A DNA stretch of 62,417 bases, the filler included, from Rhabdomonas costata (taxonomy: Eukaryota), in NCBI GenBank assembly GCA_019059605.1. It is 22 parts of 22 records of this genome, joined end to end, with 100 filler letters (N's around TTAATTAATTAA, not from the genome) between each part and the next. Parts side by side here need not be neighbours in the genome. Positions count along the whole stretch, not along the records: positions 22,820 to 25,555 come from JAHMHO010002199.1; positions 25,656 to 28,388 come from JAHMHO010002200.1; positions 28,489 to 31,223 come from JAHMHO010002201.1; positions 31,324 to 34,058 come from JAHMHO010002202.1; positions 34,159 to 36,893 come from JAHMHO010002203.1; 17 more parts are not named here. The stretch is one strand, 5' to 3'. Positions 23,290 to 35,265 of this stretch are shown one piece after another. A program made the translations under genes and the position numbers. The notes under the pieces are model-generated. The model was not told the DNA's origin and searched no databases. It was given only the letters and a program-made list of their open reading frames with translations. Within the stretch, counting starts at the first letter, position 1. Every line of letters starts with the position of its first letter.

Positions 23290-25707
23290 GTGCTTTGCAA
23301 GCTTCACGTTTGAACGTGAACATCTGATCCAATGCGCAGTGCCGGGGGCAACCCGCCGCAGCCAATATTCGATAGGACCCTTTCCCTTTCAATCTTTTCT
23401 GATCTCACCATCTCAGTCTTCATTCATCCCTCGGTCCAACTTGCCGCATTGGCTTTGACATTTTCGTTCTCTCGTTTATGTGTTTACGTCTCGCACTGTG
23501 GCTTTTACACACTTCTCATCGGCAGCCTCTTTCTCCCTTTCGTTCGCTATGCTATTCCTTGTCCTGCCGAACTCCAAGCAACCTGTTCACCTGCTGTGGC
23601 TTGCCGAGTCAAACTTGTGCTGCTGTTCAGTCATGCCTTTTGGGCATCTGGATTTGGGCGGGGTATCGTCATTTTTGGGGGGGTGGGGATTAGGCTGGAT
23701 TCGTAAAAGAAGAATTAACAACATAAGACAGTTGTAAATGCTACTGGGTGGTGACTCCCGTCCGGGTGTGGTGTGGGCCGGGCTCCTTTGGACCTGGACA
23801 TTGGGAAGAAGTTTTCTGGCAAGAACATGGACAAGAATTTCTTTTACGACAGAAGAAGAACCGAGAGAGAAACTGTGGCCCGTTTCATCTCAAAAGTGCG
23901 GATTCCCCACACAAACCTCAAATTGTCAGAGCACCGAGGAAAGACCCACACCAAACGGCACCCCAATCACCCAAATTCATCAGAAAACACTTGCAGGCGC
24001 ATTTCATGCAGACAATTCCCCCCCCAAAACCAGTGTAAGTCCGAAATGTCTCGTTTTTTGGAACCATTTTACCCCTTCTTCCAATCCAGTCTCTTGTTTC
24101 CTTCGTTTGCCCACGCGCCTCTCCCAGAAGTTTTTGGGTAGTTCCTCTCTTAGATGCGTGCCCAACCTTTCGCTCCCACCGCGACACCAGACACATACGA
24201 ACACAATGCCAGGCTTGTCTTATAGCGCCCCCATTCAAGGCAAAAATTATCCTGTTCCCCGCGCCCGTCAGTCTGCCCGTTGTTTTCCTTGGTTTACTTT
24301 TTATTTTTCCCCTTTTAGTGTTGAGGTGTAACGGGCGATATCACTCAGCATCAGGAGCATTCGATTACGATTACCATAAGAACCGCTTGTTTTGCCACCA
24401 TTAGGACTTCAACTTTCTTTGCTGGTGTGTTGTATCTTTGACGGGGATCATGGTGCGTCACGCGGGTGTGCGGTCCCTTTCCTGCCGAACCCAACATTAC
24501 TGTAAAACAAAACTCGGGTGCCGGGTTTTCGAGCCTCGGGGGGGGGGCATGCCGGGAATCATCAATTTGAGGCGCGAGGATTGCAAGAAAATATGTCCTG
24601 CGCAACATTTTTAGCAGATTCGAGGTCTCATTCAGAAACCAGAATGACCTGTCCAGGACAGCAGGACCACTGTAGGTGATTCTACGGATTTGGATGGGCA
24701 TTTGAATCCTGAACGTTTCGGGCAAGTACCCCGGTGTTGGCACATGTCTTGTTTGCCAAGGAGGTTCAAAGGGATAAGCTGCGCCTGGTCGTGTGTGTGC
24801 GTTTGGTTCTTGAGCAGCCATCTAGCATCGCGCTCTTCTACTCAATGCGTTCCTTGCCCCTGCGCGTCCACTTGCCCGGGAAGGTATGTGTGACGAAGCG
24901 GAAAAACAAGAAGAAAAGGCTCAGTGTCAGCAAGCTAGGCTGATCAAGACACCAGCGACGTTTTGCTTTAGATTGAGGATCGTGCCTCCCAGCCGACCTT
25001 GTCCGAACCTAACCCGCCATTCTTTCTGGGTCGCTTGGATCCTATCTAGGCGCCTTGGCGCACAGCGGCTTGAGGATAGTTAGCATTAGACGGTTCGGTG
25101 GTCTTTTTTGGTTCAGACCTTGGCGGTGTTGGATTCCACCCTATTTCACCCGAACAATTCTTAGTGGGGCGTTTTCTTCTCTTTTCTGGAGCTCTTTTTG
25201 GGTCGTCGCACCACCACCATTAATCCCCGCGTGGAGGTCAATGCCAGAGACTGGAAGAGGACAAGGCTGGACAAGGCCCTCCAAGGAGGTCTGCAATTCC
25301 GCTCAGTTGTGGCAGACTCACAAGAAACACAAAATACGCGGGGTACACGGGCCGTTCCGGCCATGATCCGGGGCAACACCAGCGAACGTCCAGACAGAGT
25401 TTGGATGCATGGAATGAAAGTCAGGGTAAAGAGCAAGAGCGGCACGCTCAGGGGAATTGTATAAATTGTACTTCCTCTACGAGGACACGAAACTAGACTC
25501 CAAAAAGGCATGGCCGAGTCAGCAAGGAAACCGTTGTGAGGACACAAACCCCAACNNNNNNNNNNNNNNNNNNNNNNNNNNNNNNNNNNNNNNNNNNNNT
25601 TAATTAATTAANNNNNNNNNNNNNNNNNNNNNNNNNNNNNNNNNNNNNNNNNNNNGGTGGTGGTGGTAGTGGTAGTGGTGGTGGTGGTGGTGGTGGTGGT
25701 GGTTCAG

Positions 25708-27265
25708 TGCGAACCATCGCCCAGTCCATGGTGCAGACAGGGGCCGTTGGGCTGCGCCGCCAGGGCAGGCCCTGTCAAAGACCGTCGCCCAGAGAACGCG
25801 CAGCAGTGACAGGGACGGAAAAGGACTCGCCTCCAAAGTGGGGGAGGCCGCCTGGGCAGAGGCTTGTGAACTCACTGTGGGGAGAGCATGTCGGATCCTC
25901 TAATGAGCCCGCGGAGCATCTCAAAGACCAGTGGGAGGCCTTCTATCGCGGCAAGGAAGCGCCCTTTGGCTTGGGCAAGGGCAAGGAGAGAGCTCATTTG
26001 GAAGGAGAGGAGCTAGGGGATGAAGACGATAGCCAGGATTATGACGAAGACGATGATGGGGAGGAGGAGGAGGAGGACGATGATGACGACGAAGGTCAAC
26101 TCGGTAAGGAAGAACATGGAGGAGATACGGAAATGCCCGATAACCCCCCTGCAGCGGGTGAAGACAACGACGACTCCAGCGAGGGCTCATCCTCGTCTGG
26201 TGATGGGCAAGCGGATAGGATGAATGAGGATGTCAGCGAGGCTCCTGAGAACAGGGGTTCTGCACCTCCGGGGCGAACAATTCAGAGTGAAAGTGAAGGC
26301 GAAGGTCCAGAGCTGGTTGTGGCGGGTGGAGTAGAAGGCCGAGGGCTGCGTGCGGTGGCCCCTACGGAGCAGATCACAGAGGAGGAGCGCGAGTTTTTGC
26401 AATCTCAGTTCGTGGAGATGATGAAGCAGAGATTCCTGGAGGGTCAAGAATCGCAGTGGTGTGATGCGCATTGTGCTTCTGATAGAAAATTTGATAAGCC
26501 ATGCCGTTCGAGCTGAAATGTCAGTGCAGGAGTCGAGGAGCGGTGCTAAGTGCAGCAAGGGAACACCTGACATAGTCGTCCGCATTTTTGGGAGGGGGAA
26601 ACGTTGAGAGGTCAAAATGGGAACCATGGTCCTTCCCGCATCTAGAAACGTCACAATAGAGAAAATCGAATGTGAATTTTTAGTGTTTCGAAGCACAATG
26701 GCATAGTTTTTAAAGAATCTTTCCTCAACACGTACTTTGCAAATTCATGTGGTTGTATTGTTTAGAACACATTTTTACCCGTCCCCCCCCTTCAGAGTTG
26801 GCACTGGCAATATTTCAACCACAGGTTTCCGCTCTCCGGGTTGCAATGGGCCAAGATGGGTCAAAGATTCACTCTTCCCCGTTATATATAATAGTTGCGC
26901 AGAAATGCACCTCTGCGGGATTGGTTAGCAGCAATTCATCAACCTGAGGATCTAGCGAGTCCTTGGCTAGTGTTGAGTCTTTGGGTTTCGGCTGTAGGGT
27001 GGACTACCACACGATCGATGAGGACACCACGCTGGATGATCTCCGGCAGCTCACCCTGGACGCCGAGGAAACTTACTTTGAGGACGAGCAGCCCGAGGAG
27101 AGCAGGCCCCCGGGAACTGGGGGCAGGGCCTCCGGCTGCACAAGCCATGGGTTCCGCTCCGCGTGGCACATGGCCCGAATGCGAGAGGCCACGAGATGCA
27201 GTGGTACACCCCCGCCGGATCCCGCTTCACAGGAGTACAACGAGGAGAACAACTGGGGGTTTTGA
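25708..27265 (+). CDS. CCDC97: CCDC97-like (DUF2052) protein, 3' exons (25708-26458, 26998-27265)
   Basis: An acidic low-complexity tract, then EEREFLQSQFVEMMKQRFLEGQESQW|VDYHTIDEDTTLDDLRQLTLDAEETYFEDE, matching the CCDC97 C-terminal pattern RFLxGxD..DY..VD....D......EExYF. Confidence 0.82.
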
Positions 27266-28138
27266 TGGGTCGTTGTCAGGAAGCAACTCCACCCAGCCAG
27301 ACCCCATCTCTGTGTGTGTTCCGCTGATGGAATTCACCATTACTTGTTGCTGGGATGGTTTATCACCGTCGGGTCTGAAATCGCATATTTACCATCGCTC
27401 CCCTTCTTTGCATTGGAGCGATGGTGACTTTCAGTGACTGCAAAATTTGTTTTCTGCTTGTGGCGCTCAGTGCTGTACTGCACAACTTTTCAGGATAGTA
27501 CCTTGACCAACGTTTCAGCGTCAGCCAGTTTCTTAATCAACTTCCCCAATTGTCCTGAGTTACTGAGCTTACGAGGCTCGGGATGCTGGTTTCAGTGTTG
27601 TGAATGTCATAGCTATAGACGAGTACTGCAATGACCTTCCTTTTCAGTTTATTGGTCAATTGCTGTGATAAAACCGCCTCGAAATTGAAAACTGTCCCAG
27701 CCATCCGACGCAAGCTGCCTCATTTCTTTGAATCATTGCTTGTGATGGACGACCTGACGTGTCATGTTTCTGTCAATCACATGAGATACGGTAATGATAT
27801 AACGATTGGCACTGCGGATATTGGATCGCCTTTTCGAAGATGTGTGAAGTTGTGGAAGTGGGGTCGAGTTGTGGCCCTTTTGGCCAAGTGTTGTAAAGCT
27901 GAAGAGCTATTTTTCTGTCAATGGCGTACTGGTTGGTTGATGGTGATGCGTGCTAGCCCAGCCTGGGTGAACTGACCTCCCGGGACACTGGAACTGATTT
28001 TCTTTCGCAGACGTGCTCGTTTGCTTCATTCTGAGCTGGGCATTTCTTGGTTCAAATATTCCACCTTCCCAACTTTCTGCTTGTGTGGGAGTTCCTTCTT
28101 ATCCACGACCCCGTCAACCCCCCCCCCCCTTCTTCCAG

Positions 28139-28340
28139 ATGTCACTTACCGCACTGCTCTGTGCCCGAATCGCCCGCAAGCCCGTCACCCCTGCAGACCT
28201 CTCGTTGGCAAGCACCTTTGTTCTGGATGCCTTGGCCAACATTGCCGGGGCTCGCCACAGCCCCACCGCTGCTGTGCTGAACCGGTGGGCTCCCGTCTCA
28301 CAGACTTCGGGCGACGCCGGCCGGTTGGCCTTTCGGCTTG
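28139..28340 (+). CDS. MmgE/PrpD family protein, first exon
   Basis: MSLTALLCARIARKPVTPADLSLASTFVLDALANIAGARHSPTAAVL...AGRLAFRLG resembles the PrpD N-terminus (A..xxLDxLGxxxAG..P). GT donor at 28341. Confidence 0.6.
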
Positions 28341-28488
28341 GTTGGCCCTACTTCCTTTTAGTCTTTCTAGAGTTGTTTCAAGGTTTCGNNNNNNNNNNNN
28401 NNNNNNNNNNNNNNNNNNNNNNNNNNNNNNNNTTAATTAATTAANNNNNNNNNNNNNNNNNNNNNNNNNNNNNNNNNNNNNNNNNNNN

Positions 28489-29822
28489 GTTGTGGTGGAG
28501 GGGGGTGGGGGTGGCGGACCAGCCACCGCTGGTACAGGCCCTCGAACCCCCGCAGGGCCTCTGGGAAGCGCTCTGCCTTCCACCGTGCCACCTCGGGCTC
28601 CACGAGGGTCTTCAGCTGCCGGAACTTGCCCTGCTTGATGCTCCACACCACAGTGCCACCTTCCACGTACTCTGACGAAACAAATCACCGCATACAGCCC
28701 CCTCCCCTGTGGGTTTGTGCGCGGCGCATCACTGCGCTCAAGTGCAAGACAAACGGGCGGCGCACAAAAAAAAACTGAACAGGTGTTTGGTACAAGAGAG
28801 GTACAAGAGGTACAAGAGACGCAGGTCAGCAAAATAACAACAATCCCATGACAAACTGGCAAGGAACATTCCCAAAACAACCAGACTTAGGCATTCCTAT
28901 AAATCTTAAGCGGGGTGCAGGGTTTTGAGATTTTGAGCATTTTACAGGAATCGAAAACCCACCGCTTCGAAACTCAGCACCGGTTATACAAAAGCAGCAC
29001 TGAACGCAGTGGAGACGGCACCCGCGGCGCACCTTTGCGAAACTGCCTGGCCCTCAGGTAGGACACGAGGCCCTCATTGCGGTCCGTCCGAAAGCAAATA
29101 TCTGCTTCGGGATCCGCGCTAGCGGGCTCTCCTACGCAAAAAAGAAAAACATATGGCAGGAGAAATCGGAGATGGGGGGACCCTTCCAAGATTATACGCG
29201 ACTACGGCAGGAAGACGTCTGGCTACAGCAAAAATCATTCCGTCGCGTTCCTCAAACACAGCAAAGAGGTGCACCACATACTCAACAGACGTGTGGTGGG
29301 GTCTTGCAAGCTTGTGAGCTTGTGTGAAAATGGGGACAATATGGTATCCATTAATTTCCGACTCCCAAGTTTCAAGTTTCGTGAAACTATTGGGGAGAAG
29401 GCGAGCCAATCCCTGCGAGTCGAGAGTTTTACAAAAGGTTAGGGAAAACACAGATCGGCGTTCATTTCAATTCATCACGCGATCACTTCACTTCACAAGA
29501 CCCAGCATGGGAGATCTCAGGTCACGAAATCACCGCCTCCTGTCAAGCAGCAAGGTGTGAGGAATCGGGAAACACCAGCGAAAAAAAGAAAACAGAATTA
29601 GCCCGTCGGACTCCTGCAAGAGCCCGGCGAACTGTAGACTGAAGTATTTTTCCAGCAGGAGGTCAGGGCTGCATACCCACGAGTGGAGGCAGGAGCCTTT
29701 CATTACGGGGGCTGAGAGAACGTATGTCAAGCAGAAAACACGAACAGGCCTTGCTTGTAGTCGGGGTGCTCCTGCACGATCATGCGGTCGACCACGAGGT
29801 AGATCATGTCCCTGTCCTTCAT
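28489..29822 (-). CDS. Hypothetical multi-exon protein (exons ~29749-29822, ~29002-29131, 28489-~28671)
   Basis: GC3-rich segments bounded by AG/GT: MKDRDMIYLVVDRMIVQEHPDYKQ, EPASADPEADICFRTDRNEGLVSYLRARQF, EGGTVVWSIKQGKFRQLKTLVEPEVARW. No family recognised. Confidence 0.5.
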
Positions 29823-30530
29823 CTTGTTCCAAAGGGAGAGGGAGTAAGCACAAGGAAAGTTGGAAACTGAGGGAAGGAAGGGTGTTGCTGGGTGGACCAA
29901 TCGAGAATAGAAGTCGAAGGGGCACAACCCACAACAAAATAGAAGCACCGAAGGATTCGGGGGGTTCCCAGGAGATGGCAATACAAAAGGGATTTTGATT
30001 AGTTTGGGTGCGAAGGCCAGCGCCGCGGAGGCCAGTCCGCGGCGCGGCTGGAGCGGGTGGATGGGTTGGGGCGTTCCACGGGGTAGGCGATGCTCCGTTT
30101 AGCACCGCTAAACGTCCGAATCAGACACGTTTTTTGGGGTGCTTTTTTTTTAGTACACGGGGGTTAGGTAAACTGTGTCAACTTCCTCTAAATACATGGG
30201 CACAATGGGCTGACCCCAAAATACAAGAGATCAAAACACCTCCACAGGCTCCACCCAGGGTTACGCCGAAGTTCAATGTGGGATGCCCAAAGGGTCAATT
30301 CAATTTCAACAGTGACCCCTGTGACCGATTCAAATTCAAACCGCAGCAAACAATTCAAAAACTCAAGGACATCGCTGAAAACCAAAGCGAAGGTTAAAGG
30401 TCAAGGTGCAGAGTTCCAAGTTCAATGGGACCAGCTCAAAGCTCAGCGAAGGGCAGTTCAAAGTTCAATTCAATTAAATGGCCAACCCACGACACACCTC
30501 AACGGCGGTGTGGGGGGGTGGCAATGGTGT

Positions 30531-31223
30531 TTAGTAACGGCCCCCACGCCGAACCGAACCCGCGTACGTCGGCACCAGCTGCATCACCATTGTGGGCACC
30601 ATCTGATACTGGGGCGTCATTGGTTGCTCAAACTGGTGGTGGTGGTGGTGGTGATGGTGGTGGTGGGCGACGGCCATCCCTTCCATGGAACCCTGCATGT
30701 ATTTATCACAACGTTTAAAATTTCTGCACGGAATATCGCTGCGAGGAGCTTCCAATTGAAGGGTTACATGAAATAGAATTCTGATGGCTTGCATTCCTCC
30801 GAACAAAAAGGGTTGCAAGAGGATCCAATCAAAAGTTGAGGTGAGGTGACCACACTGGCGTGGCTTCCGCAAGCAAGCAAACAAGTGAGAGACTGGAGTG
30901 ACGGAGGGTCGCCGAACCGGTCTGCAAATGACAAAGCTCTCGAGCTCCGTGGGTCAAATGCTACCCGTACGACGACGACAGGATAAAGTGTCTGCGTAAT
31001 GCAAGTAAAATGGAGTTCTGGTTGCGCAAAGGATGCCGGAGATTATGATGGTCCCCACGCGAGTGCACGCCACCATCATGGGCCGCGAAACCGATGCGGA
31101 GGGGTCCATCGCGTAGGCCCTGCTGACCGAGGCCGACGGGTCCATCACGTAGCCTCTCGAAACGGAGGAGGAGGAATCCATCACATAGCCCCTGTTCGTC
31201 GAGGCAGATGAGTCCACCACAAA
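30531..31223 (-). CDS. Low-complexity protein with 12-aa tandem repeats (YxMDxSxSVSRx) and a poly-His final exon
   Basis: Four 36-bp units at ~31075-31220. A probable last exon at ~30531-30692 encodes GSMEGMAVAHHHHHHHHHQFEQPMTPQYQMVPTM. Confidence 0.5.
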
Positions 31224-31551
31224 NNNNNNNNNNNNNNNNNNNNNNNNNNNNNNNNNNNNNNNNNNNNTTAATTAATTAANNNNNNNNNNNNNNNNNNNNN
31301 NNNNNNNNNNNNNNNNNNNNNNNGTTTGATGAAATGTCTGTCCCCTCACTTGCGATTTTAGATTCCGCTGCTACCTCAAAATGACAGATGAAAAGAGTTT
31401 TGACTACGAGCCACCATTTCAGCCAGCTGGCACGTTGTATATTTGAAGCGCCATATTTACTTTGAGCAGTATATGCAGATGTTTTTTTAAATGCATGAGA
31501 TTCTCACATTTGCAAGGACAAGAGCCATTTCTGTGTGAAACGTGTGTGCAG

Positions 31552-32709
31552 ATGCCACAGCAGATCCCCTTTTACCTGCTCCGGTGACGTACGACCCCAA
31601 CGAATGGCTGCAGTGCGCTTCCTGTATGGCCCATAATAATGAGTGGGCTAGTGAGGGAGCAGGCTATTGCCGCAGCGGGCTGTCCATGTTAGGCGTTGAG
31701 GACGTGCTGAGGGACAGTGGAACCGCTTGCTGTGGTTTGATCCTGAAGCCGCCCTGGCCTCAGCCGCAGCGGGAACCGAAGGTGGAAACTGTGGGGCTTT
31801 CAGCGCAACAGCGGCAGATGATTTTGGGGTGCAGCGTGGTGGTGGGGATGCATCCAGACCAGGCCCGTATCGTGTGTGCGTGTGTTTGTGTTTGTGTTTG
31901 TGCTTTTGTGTTTGTGTTTGTGTTTGTCTGATCTGTGTGTCCGATTGGGTAAGGGTCGAAAAGTGCAATCATCATGTGGTTGTATCCTCCACTCGGGCGT
32001 GAGTTTGGGAACCGTTTTGGCCGATGGTTGGAGTGGAAAATGCTTTGTATATGGCTCCTGCTCTGACATTTGCGGGCTCGAGTCCCTTGTCTTATGTTGA
32101 CATGCTCACATTCCCAATACTGACCTTTCCACATGCAATCCTGAGGCATTATGTTGGCCTTGCTGGAACCACCGCGACGCTGCTACGGCCACACAGTGCA
32201 GGCTACCGCCCTCACCTTGGCAGATGCCCCCCTCCTCCTGTCCGACTGTTGATGTTCCGGTCACCACAACCACCACCGGCACTGTTTTGTTTCTTGTTGC
32301 TTCCCATCTGAACATCCTTTTCTGTGCTTCGCTTCGCTGGACAACCGGTCATACCGCTGCTCCTGTCGTTGCCTGTTCACAGGCCACGGAGTGTCTGGTG
32401 GACTTCGCGGTGGCCTTCCGCAAGCCCTTCGCCGTGGTGCCGTGCTGCGTGTTCTCGCAGGACTACCCCCACCGCCGCCTGCGCCCACCACCACAGCCAT
32501 CGCCACTGTCACAGGAGGCATTACCTTCGGGGTCGTCTTCGGAGATGGTGCGGAAGGTGGGGGATTCTCCCCTTAAGGTGGAGGATCAGCCCAAGGGTCG
32601 CCCTGTGGAGAGCTTTGAGGACTTCCTGGAGTACCTCACTGAAAAGCATCCCGGGACGAGATGTGCAGAGCTTCCCTTCCTGGGCCGCAACGTCGTCGTG
32701 TTTACGTAA
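31552..32709 (+). CDS. Uncharacterised class I methyltransferase-like protein, 3' exons (~31552-31862, 32383-32709)
   Basis: CSVVVGMHPDQ|ATECLVDFAVAFRKPFAVVPCCVF..YPHRRL...FLEYL...LPFLGRNVVVF matches a conserved eukaryotic GMHPD/VPCCVF methyltransferase-like family. Confidence 0.7.
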
Positions 32710-33949
32710 CGCTGCATTGTGGCTGTTGCGCACGTTTCGGAAGATGTGAGTTGTCTGAGCCCGATACCTCCATCTATCCGATAGATGGATGAAAGAAATT
32801 TCTTCTTTTTGATCTTGAAGCTTTACGGCTATATTTTTTGAAGCTGCACGCCCGTAGCTCTCGTTTCCAGACGGCCATTACTCTCGTTTTGCAAGGAGTC
32901 ACCATTGAAACCATACTAGTCTTATTAATCGCCTTCCCACGGAAACCACAACAAACCCCCCGACATTTGAGTGCGAGCCCCTCACCCTCGCTATGGCAAA
33001 TGTGTGGTTCTCGTGAGCCGGAGAGCCTGCTGTTATGACGGGGTTTTGGATCAAGGTCAAAATATGATTCATCTAAATGGCTGTCTGTTGAAAATATATC
33101 AGAAAAGACGATATTGTTCGTGCGGAAAATATCAAGCGGTCATTGTCCGCTTCAATACAAAGGTGAGAACAATATTCGCTAAAAGTTGCGATTTCGGACC
33201 AGCAGCTCAAACTTTTTTATATGTTTTTTGTTCAATTTTAACACGAAGCAGAGCATTTTTCGCAGCTGTCACAAGTGTAGGGTCTTTCGAAGAAATCACT
33301 TGAACACAATTCTGCGTGTTCTCCCGCAGCACTCCGCTCTTGGTATTCCTTCGGCACGGCATTAATTTTGCGGTGCAGCTCTGCTGGCGACAAAAATAGT
33401 ACCACACAAAACATTGTTGAGGACTTGCACCACCACTCGGTCATATAGCTCGATGTGAGTAAAAAGCGAACAGCACAACCGATCAGATAAACGTCCTTTC
33501 TTTTTTTTCTTTCCTTTATTAGCTGGTTTGATTGTAAGCATCTTTTCAACTCTTCTTCTTCAGCCCAAGAAGCTATGGCACTTTTGGACCTCACTGCCTG
33601 CCATAGTTGTGGCGTGTCCGTGGGATGCACATGTCCCGGGGTAAGGCAAGGCCTTTCCTCGCGGGGCAGGCCAACCTGCTTTGCGTGCCTCAGTGGCGCC
33701 ATGCTGGGCTCAGGCTCCCTCGCTGAAGCAAACCCTCTGGTGGCAGTCTTAGGGAGCGAAAAAAGAGGGTGACTCTACAGGAGCTCTTGTGGTTGGCGTT
33801 GGGAAAGGAGGTGATATTTGGTGGAGTCCTCGAGCTTTGTATTCCAAGCAGCTTGGAATAACCCAATAACAACCCGCCCAAATGCGCACCGCAGCAAGGG
33901 GACTTAGCTGTTCGAACCTCGAAGAGGTGATGCTCAGATTCTCGTATGA

Positions 33950-33996
33950 AGCAAAGCAGAAGCAGAAGCAGAAGCAGAAGCAGAAGCAGAAGCAAG
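33950..33996. repeat. (GCAGAA)n hexanucleotide microsatellite
   Basis: About seven tandem units. Confidence 0.9.
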
Positions 33997-35265
33997 CGTG
34001 TCCATCACTTTCAAAGTATACTGCCTTGGCGCAAGTGCATTTATACCCCACCAAAAACNNNNNNNNNNNNNNNNNNNNNNNNNNNNNNNNNNNNNNNNNN
34101 NNTTAATTAATTAANNNNNNNNNNNNNNNNNNNNNNNNNNNNNNNNNNNNNNNNNNNNGGGTTCGTACTGAGCCTTCTTGCCCTGTGCACCGCCATTGGA
34201 CGTAGAAGATGAGGAGAGCAAAAGACAACTGTACGCTGTCGCAACGGGTTGGGAGGGGGATCACGGAGCAGTTTACATAAATCAATCAGAAAAACTCAGC
34301 AAAGAAGGACCTCAACGAAAACCTGGCGAATTGGTGTCGCCAACGAAAACCTGGCGAATTGTTGTCGCAAGGAAGACAGTTCTGAGATTGGATTTTGGGA
34401 GGAGGCTGCAACTTCTCTGCCGCGAGGGACGCCCCATCAGTGGCGCCATGGCAATACTCAAATCTAAACCAGCCAGCCTGAGGTCCAATCGTTCAGATTA
34501 ACCAAGCACATTGGGGCATACTGCTACCGATGGGCCAACTGGCAGAATTTAATAATTTATGAAACAAAGGGCCTTTTGTATTTGGAGGGGGAACGTTTTG
34601 CACAGCTAAACGTTTAGCACAGCCAAACGTCATAAATAACCTAAACCTAACCCACTCAGAATAAAATATGTCTCTCTGGGGATTTGCTAGAAATTATTTT
34701 CGCTAAAATCAATGCATTTAGAGGTTGACACAGTTGACATAGTTTACCTAGCCCCATGTCCTAAAGCAACATCCGAAAATGTGTCTGATTCGGATGTTCA
34801 CCATGCTAAACGTTTAAAACCGCTCCTGCAGGCACAAACGTACACACATATTTTTACACTTGGCAGTATGAATTTATCTGGGGAGAGCTCGAGATCCACT
34901 TCACCCCTGGGCTCCCAACTTTTGATGATGGGCCCATTGGGCCTCACACCCTCACACCCTTGTCGGTCCTTGTCCCTCGCTCGTGTCACCTTCCCCATGT
35001 GACCCTCGATCCACAGTGTATGCGGGGACTGGGGAACCTCGAACAATGCATTTAGAGATCTCTTTGTGGGCACCCAACCTTCCGCGCTCGTACACTGCAC
35101 TTGTGGGCTTGGGTCTTCATTCCCACTCCGGGCTTGGAACCGCTTCCTGGTGGACGTTTTTGGTGAACGGACTTGGTTGCCTTACTCTGTCCATGATGGC
35201 ACCTGGACCTCACTTCTCTCCACTCTCCGCTTGCCACACACATACACACACAGACACTCACGCAC

